A stretch of DNA of 64,000 nt from the NCBI RefSeq assembly GCF_963853765.1, contig NC_088860.1, forward strand, positions 37,076,001-37,140,000, given 5' to 3'. The DNA is from Magallana gigas. Taxonomy: Eukaryota. The translations under genes were made by a program, and so were the position numbers. The number at the start of each line of letters is the position of its first letter. Within the stretch, counting starts at the first letter, position 1. Below, piece by piece: positions 57,424 through 64,000 of this stretch. The notes beneath the pieces were generated by a model that saw nothing but the letters and a program-made list of their open reading frames with translations, was not told the origin of the DNA and did not search any database.

Positions 57424-58694
57424 AAAAATATATAATTCAAATAAACATAAAAGCACCGGATGTTTAAATGATTATGCTGTTTTTGTATATGTACACGTCC
57501 TGCTTAATTTATTTTCATTAAACCATATAAAATGTGTGGAAATTAAATAAAAATCAGTATATTGCGCAGAAAACACGCCCACCTCTTCCATAAAAGGATC
57601 AACTACTTGAGTCTGACATCAGTTGAGATCAACTGAGTCTGACATCAGTCCGCACAGAACCCGATATGTAACCTCATGGTAGCTAAGTTTGCATAGTTTC
57701 AAACAACTGTGAATACGACATGATCCGCGAGTCAACCTCTAAACTGTATAAAATAAGCGATATACATATATACTGCTTATTATAACTATTTGAAATAAGT
57801 TTTTTCTACTTTATGATCAACTATAATATGTTGAATAATTGCGCTTGAAAGCAGCTTTTAATCAAAACTAATTTTTAAAATGCATAATTATACTCATACG
57901 CAGACTTGTTGGTTTAGTCGAAAAAGATCGTGGTCTGGTTTTGTCAGTGTGTTTGTGGACACAATTTTATCGTCTTGTAAAAAGTAGTACAGGAAATACT
58001 CAGCAAATGTACTTTTTTTTAAAGTTACTTTTCTTTCTTTTTTTACTTTTTTTGTACTGAGAAAAACATTTTATCTATAAAAATGTCATCTGGTGGTTTA
58101 TTTACCTTGGATTAAGGAGAATGTGTACTGGGAAGATTGAGGCAACGTTGTCACCTACGAGAAAAGAAACCCACTATCTTTCATCAATCATATATTCAAT
58201 TTTTATAATCATCAGTAGTAAGACTCGAATATCGTGTATAAATTTAGCAAAATAAATCTCATTTCCATTTTTAAAAAGAATACGTCCTTTGAAATTGCAT
58301 GTTTTACTTATTACTCATTGGCGTACTAGTATTTTGGGTTGAGAATACTTAGTATTGTGAATGGTATATCCGGACCCTTATGTGAGTTTAAAGTGTACAT
58401 TGTAGATTTAAGTATGTTCGAATCATAATTCCCAGGAGTAAGGTGGGGCCACACTGGGCATTTGCGTCTAGAAAATATCTTTTAAAATCTTATTCTCAAA
58501 AACTGAAACAACAAAATAAACTCGTTGTTTTACTTAAGAATATGCTTAGAAAAAAATTGAAAGTCTTTGGAAATCTTGCTTTATTTTTCTTTCATGTCTT
58601 TTTGTTCGTTTTGTTTGTTGACTTTGAATTATTTTTTACTAATCGTATAACATGTATAAGAAGTCATTTTAATATTTAATATCATTTTCTGATA

Positions 58695-59945
58695 TATATC
58701 ACCTATTCGATTAGGTGATATCAACTATTTAGCTTTTGAATTGGTGATATAAACTATTCGAATGAGTGATATCACCAATTAGAATATGTGATATCACCTT
58801 TTCAATTTCAATAGGTTATACCACTTCCTTTAATTGATGATTTTACCTTAATAAACTATATCTGAAAAATACTCCCATTATTGATGAGTTGTCTTCTATT
58901 AATATCTATCATCTAAACACCAGAACTGTATATTTGTAGTATAATTGTAGTATTTTCTTCAAATTTATTGTGTTTTTCTTCAATTTATTTTTTAAAATGT
59001 TAAAATCAATAACACACGGACACACGCTATTATTCAAATTTGTTTCATTTTATCTGTTACGCAAGTCGGAAGCGGAAAGCTAATGATGGCTGCAAGGTCA
59101 AATTTGATGTATGAATTACTAGAATTACATTGTACATAGCACTATAATTTACCGTGTCAAGAGGGTCGTTTTTTAGCATGACGCGCGTTACGATGATTTT
59201 TCTTCACTGCCTGGTGTGTTGCATGTACAGGACCGACAATATAACCTAAAATAAGCACTCAATACTTATAAGCATGTAATATTTTGTATCAGCAATAGAA
59301 TATTATTTGGTACGCTTTCGTGGCAAAAAATATAGTCCCAGAAACTTTGCAGAGAAAACTCTTTTTTTGAGAACGAAAAGATGTTATTAACGGTTATTTT
59401 TAAGAGTACATATCAAAGTGATTATGTAAATTTCATTTTTTCGTACATTGTTTAATCTATTCAAAACGTGTGATGACATTCACTTTTGCTCGTACGCCGC
59501 ATAAAAGATTTCAAATGCTAGCTTACGTGAAAATATACCGTCCGTCTGAATGTAAATATATTAAAATTCAGCGATCGCAATCCATGTGGTAATTTTTGTA
59601 ACATTATTTGGCAATCAATATCGAACTACCGAAGCACAGCAGAGATGACGAAAATGTTCTTTGAATGTTTTATTGTAATTAAAATGTTATGCTTTGCCTC
59701 AGCGGTCGCTATATTTTTTTAAGTTAATGTTCAAACGGAAGGATCATTCATAAATTAAATAAATGTAATTATAAATGCAAATACATGTAAGTGATATCAA
59801 ATATTTGAATAGTTGATATCACCAATCAGTTCAAAAGTGTAGGTAATATCACTAATTCGAATAATTGATATCACCTTTTTGATTAGATAGGTGATATTAC
59901 CCATGTGAATAGATGATATCAATGATTCGAATAAGTGATATCAAT
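58695..59945. mobile_element. Foldback-like element with inverted arrays of a 22-bp palindromic unit
   Basis: GATATC-type cores at 58717, 58746, 58768, 58790 and 59793, 59815, 59867, 59915, 59937; spacer cttttgaa(t)tggtgatat appears inverted in the right array. Confidence 0.6.
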
Positions 59946-60159
59946 AAATTACAATAAATACTTCAACGGCTTTTCATACGATGCAAACAAACTAGCTGCA
60001 TTGGGGGCACAGACAGACCTCAGACTTCCAAGAAGTTGTACTTATCATGGTATATTTCACTTAATAAATAAAAAAAAAATTAAAATTAGCTGTTATTTTT
60101 TGTGGAACCTTCTGATCGACAATGATAAAAATTTACGACCTTTTACTTACTTCCTATAC

Positions 60160-60290
60160 AGGCACGTAGCATCGATTTTGAAAGTGGGGGGGGGGGGGGG
60201 GGGAGGGGGGGCAGACTTATCCAAAAAATCTTAACAAGCAAAAAAATAAACAAAGGCTGTTTTCCAAAATCTTCAAAATCCTAATCCTAG
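60160..60290. repeat. Poly-G-containing short repeat element
   Basis: caggcacgtagcatcg...(G)n...ccaaaaaatctt...; class unknown. Confidence 0.4.
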
Positions 60291-60944
60291 CGATAAAGGT
60301 ATGGAGCAAATCCGTGAAGATTAAAAAAAAAAAAGATCGCATTCAACCCGGCCGCTGACGATAAACTTCCTACCCGTATGAAACATTCTAGAGGGCATAC
60401 TTTTTTAAAGACTTTAAAATCAGTTTATCTAATCATAGATTTTTATTTTTCTTTATTCGCGATTTGCTGTCCTGTCTCCTTTATGACAGACGTAACGAAA
60501 AAAAAGTGCATGAGTCAGCCAATAATCGACCATCAACCATCAACAGAATAAAAAACCCAGGACTCCAGGAGTCCATTAAAACCAATATGGGACCGTTTAC
60601 CCAGAAAATGTCAATAGTAAAAAACAAACTCTAGCAGTACGTCCCAAAGGGAATGTGATATAATATTATCAGACGATCTGGAATCTCAATGTCACATGGT
60701 CGAGTGTTCTCTCTGAAGAACTCTGTCTATTGATTACAGTACCCATTTACATGGTCAGGCCACGGGGAATCTGCACATTTCTAAGAGGAAAAGATCCCTA
60801 GCAGTGCTTTGTGACATTTGTTTCCCATTTGTGTTTCCTGCTACATTATAACGAAAAATTGTACAGGTGTTTGCCCTTTGCATTGCCAACGGGAATGACG
60901 GACAAAAAAGGATAATAAATAAAAATGAAAATGTACAAGAAAGA

Positions 60945-60946
<2 letters not shown>

Positions 60947-60987
<41 letters not shown>
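60947..60987. repeat. (TC)n microsatellite
   Basis: Direct reading. Confidence 0.95.
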
Positions 60988-60991
<4 letters not shown>

Positions 60992-63078
60992 ACTGCGTTT
61001 TTGGCAAGATATATATCATACTGCCACGCAGAAAAGTCAAATTTACAATCTTAAAAATGTTAACAGAAGAACAAAAATTACTGCCTCAATTTCCAATGAG
61101 AATATTATTAAGTTTCAAAATATCGTCACGCTGTACAATTTTATGTGCACTTTTATCTTGAACAAAAATGTACGATCTATACAACATAGAGTGTCTTGAC
61201 ACGCTTATTCATTTATTATTGATATTCAGTGCGAGTCAAGTGATAACAAGTTGATTCACATTAAAAATTTAAAACCAAAATAAGGATTCGGTATCAAATT
61301 CATTGCACTACATTTACACTGGGTTGGTCAGACTGGCGGTCGGTGCTCGTACAAAAAGCGACTCTAAGTATCAAATAGCAAGGCATAGATGAACTGCATC
61401 AAAAAATCAATGTACAACATAATAAGTCTGTAAAAATGCGGTCAAATATGAATTCTAGAGTGATATCCGCCCTAGAGTGTTGATTTAGGTCACGAATTTG
61501 TACAAGCAGAAAATTGTTGATGACTAACGTGAATTACCATTATGCCGTAATACTGCAAGTTGCATAATCAGTTGGGTTTTTTTTTTCAATGTTATAAAGT
61601 TGTGATCTCACTTGATAGTTAATTCATTGACTTTCATTGTCATCTTGAGTAAAAGCACCTGACACCATTCATGGAAATATTCTGCTAGCATGAACAGAAT
61701 ATTTAGATTATAATAGACTCGGAAATTCGATATAATGCTTAAAATCATTTTGTCCGAAGTTAACGTAAATTCTCCTGCTTTCATTTTGTAGTTGCAAAGA
61801 ACACTGCATCTATTTTATTTATATAGATTCAAGTCTTGCAAAAATCAGACTTGAAATTTCCCTCTCTGTGTCTGTTTCGTTTCAAATTGAATGACTTCTA
61901 GCAAGCTAGTTTATTTCTTAACAGCTGTAACTGTTTATAACAATCAAATTGTATATCTCTCGTTTTTCAAGTTCTTTGAAAATTTTTTTTTTCCTCTTTA
62001 CACAAACCCGGTAATTTGACATAGATCGTGTAAAACTGTTGGAGTCTAATTCATTAACGTTCTCTGCGTGCCATCTGGATTTTGTCTCTATCTTATAACC
62101 ATGAATTGAGTATATATATAGTGGCAAGTTAGGGTTATTGGAAAATGGAGGGCATTTCACTTTTTTTCTATTTGACAACATGTAGAGTTATGGAAAATAC
62201 TAATTGATGTTCAGCTAAGCCGTTCAGAGTGTTGTCGCGTGATTGACGTTAAAAAATAGTATAACGCTAAGATTGACAAGTAAAACTTCAAGAAGACTTC
62301 AAGGGACTGAATAAAGCAATTAAAATTAAAAGCAATCACTTATAAAGCAAAACCAAAAAACAATATTGGAACAATATAGCGTCTCAAATCGTTTGTCACT
62401 CTCTCAGGTTCGACGCCGTGCTTAAAATTCTCATTGACCAACTGTTCGCATTCAGTTTCTTCTTGTGTGTTTTACTTTCGCCTACTCTAAAGTATTTAGT
62501 TTTCTTGTGTTCGATTAAAGCTTTATTCATATTTTATTCTTCTTTTAACTTGACATTCATTCTTTACCATAATAATAAGAAAACGCGTGAATGCTTAAAA
62601 CAAATCATATTTATTTTTAGCAAACAAATATGGCATTATGGTCACCAGTCACTTCATAAGAAACATTAATTTATAGTGAACAGCATGATCATCCAAGTCT
62701 GCTTTGATGTGAATATTTGATTTAGTATACCAATGTGATTTTGAAACCAAATGTAATCTAGAGGACCAAATGTAATCTAGGGTACCAAATCAACCACCTG
62801 CAACATGGCCAACATGTTGGTCCGATCAATTTCTTGTACGGAATGACTAGCAAATCAATGAAACCCCCGAAAGATCAGATTGTAAACAGCTAGAGACTGG
62901 GTTTCAAAAATTTGCCCTAGTTATAACACAACTATAGTATTCTTTCTGGATTTTTTTTACTGAAAAACATTGACTTAAAATGTGTAGATCTTTGAGATTA
63001 CTGACATACACATTCACAAAGGATAGGGTGACAGTTGGATATCTCAGTCAGCACGGAATCCATCGGTATACTCTAAAA

Positions 63079-63195
63079 CCTGGCCTGGCCTGGCCTCAAA
63101 GTTTGCCTGGCCTCACTTTTGGCCTCAAAATTGGCCTGGCCCCAAATTTTGGCCTGGCCCATAAATTGGCCTCTTCAAAAATTTTTGGCCTCAAA
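63079..63195. repeat. Degenerate (TGGCC)-rich tandem array
   Basis: About 10 tggcc cores separated by short A/T runs. Confidence 0.7.
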
Positions 63196-64000
63196 TTTAA
63201 AATTTATTTTTTTTATTTTCTTACATTTAGTTTGAATTTTTATTGATTTCTTTTAGAAATTAAAAATTCAATGCTCTTTTTTTTAATGTTTAAGGAATAA
63301 ATATATGAAAAAATATATATGACAAGTGACCAATTGTTCAAGTTTAATTAGTTTTATCCATGTCTAAACACACAAAAATTACCTATGACATGCATGTACA
63401 GCACTGATCTTACTATTGTTAAGGAATAGATTATGCCAATACCAAAGCGATTAACTTTAAAACTGAGAGCCCCCCCCCCCCCCATCTCCCATTTAAAAGA
63501 TAAACATCATTTTAAGAGACTGACCTGATCGATATCCAACATATTTGTAAACTGGTACATGGCATTAAATTGTTATCACTGTCTAGTGCACTTTAAAATT
63601 TGCATGCAGTTTGTTTACATTACCTGTCAATACCAATCAAGTCCAATTTCTCTCCCCAGCAGAAATTCGATATTCATCTTTTCTGTCGCTAATTTGCTGC
63701 ATAGGGGTCAGATTTATTGCCTATCCTGTCATTTAACATTTCACGCGGTCTAATTTAATTAATGGCATTTGTGAACAACTGCAGCATTGCATCTTCCGAT
63801 AACTTGACTCAGTGATGGTCATTAATCATCACCTCCTGATTAGAATAGATTCATGCATGTGTTGCTTGTATATTTAGGAAACAATTTTTCTCCTTTTGGA
63901 ATTGTCATTTTCAGAATTTGAACAAAACAAAACATTTTGTGACCTTTGATGTTGGTTAGAACAAGTATTGGCTTCAATTATTTTTTCTCAAACAAGTCGT

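Noticed and set aside
57595-57655. Local duplication of gatcaact...gagtctgacatcagt, and the gacctctaaa triplet at about 55342-55372
   Set aside because: Small slippage duplications in non-coding or TE sequence with no sign of function.
53062-64000. A downstream NUDT9-H or alpha-kinase exon, or the start of a third paralogue (including the GC-richer stretch 60480-60870)
   Set aside because: No Nudix or kinase motifs, no match to exons 1-5 of B, and short frames with stops on both strands. Non-coding first exons cannot be excluded by eye.

Overview
Eukaryotic, AT-rich, intron-rich DNA; the repeat landscape resembles a bivalve such as oyster (inference from memory, not a search). Two head-to-tail TRPM-family ion-channel paralogues lie on the + strand, reconstructed by hand from splice sites, exon phases and exon-by-exon comparison. 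Paralogue A is 5'-partial (20 coding exons, 23-18286, 1276 aa in window). Paralogue B appears complete (25 coding exons, 23916-53061, 4365 nt, 1454 aa). Both have SLOG/MHR1-4, six TM helices, a YWQLYGEL filter and a TRP helix, and end in a Ser/Arg-rich tail with no NUDT9-H or alpha-kinase domain. Main finding: the extracellular loop between filter and S6 has a 21-aa (63-bp) Cys-x-Cys-Trp/N-glycosylation module present once in B and five times in tandem in A. This gives 10 Cys and 8 sequons per subunit in A versus 2 and 2 in B. Both channels also alter the S2-S3 Ca2+ site (Q to T, N to K) and the TRP-box Arg (WKFQM), while keeping MHR1/2 residues equivalent to the TRPM2 ADP-ribose site. Several cryptic splice signals are conserved in both paralogues. 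Non-coding DNA holds many MITE-, Kolobok- and Helentron-type elements, two Penelope-like RT fragments, a self-nested hairpin element, a palindromic-minisatellite foldback element and a recent templated-insertion scar. There are two N gaps. No other protein-coding gene could be supported in 53062-64000.
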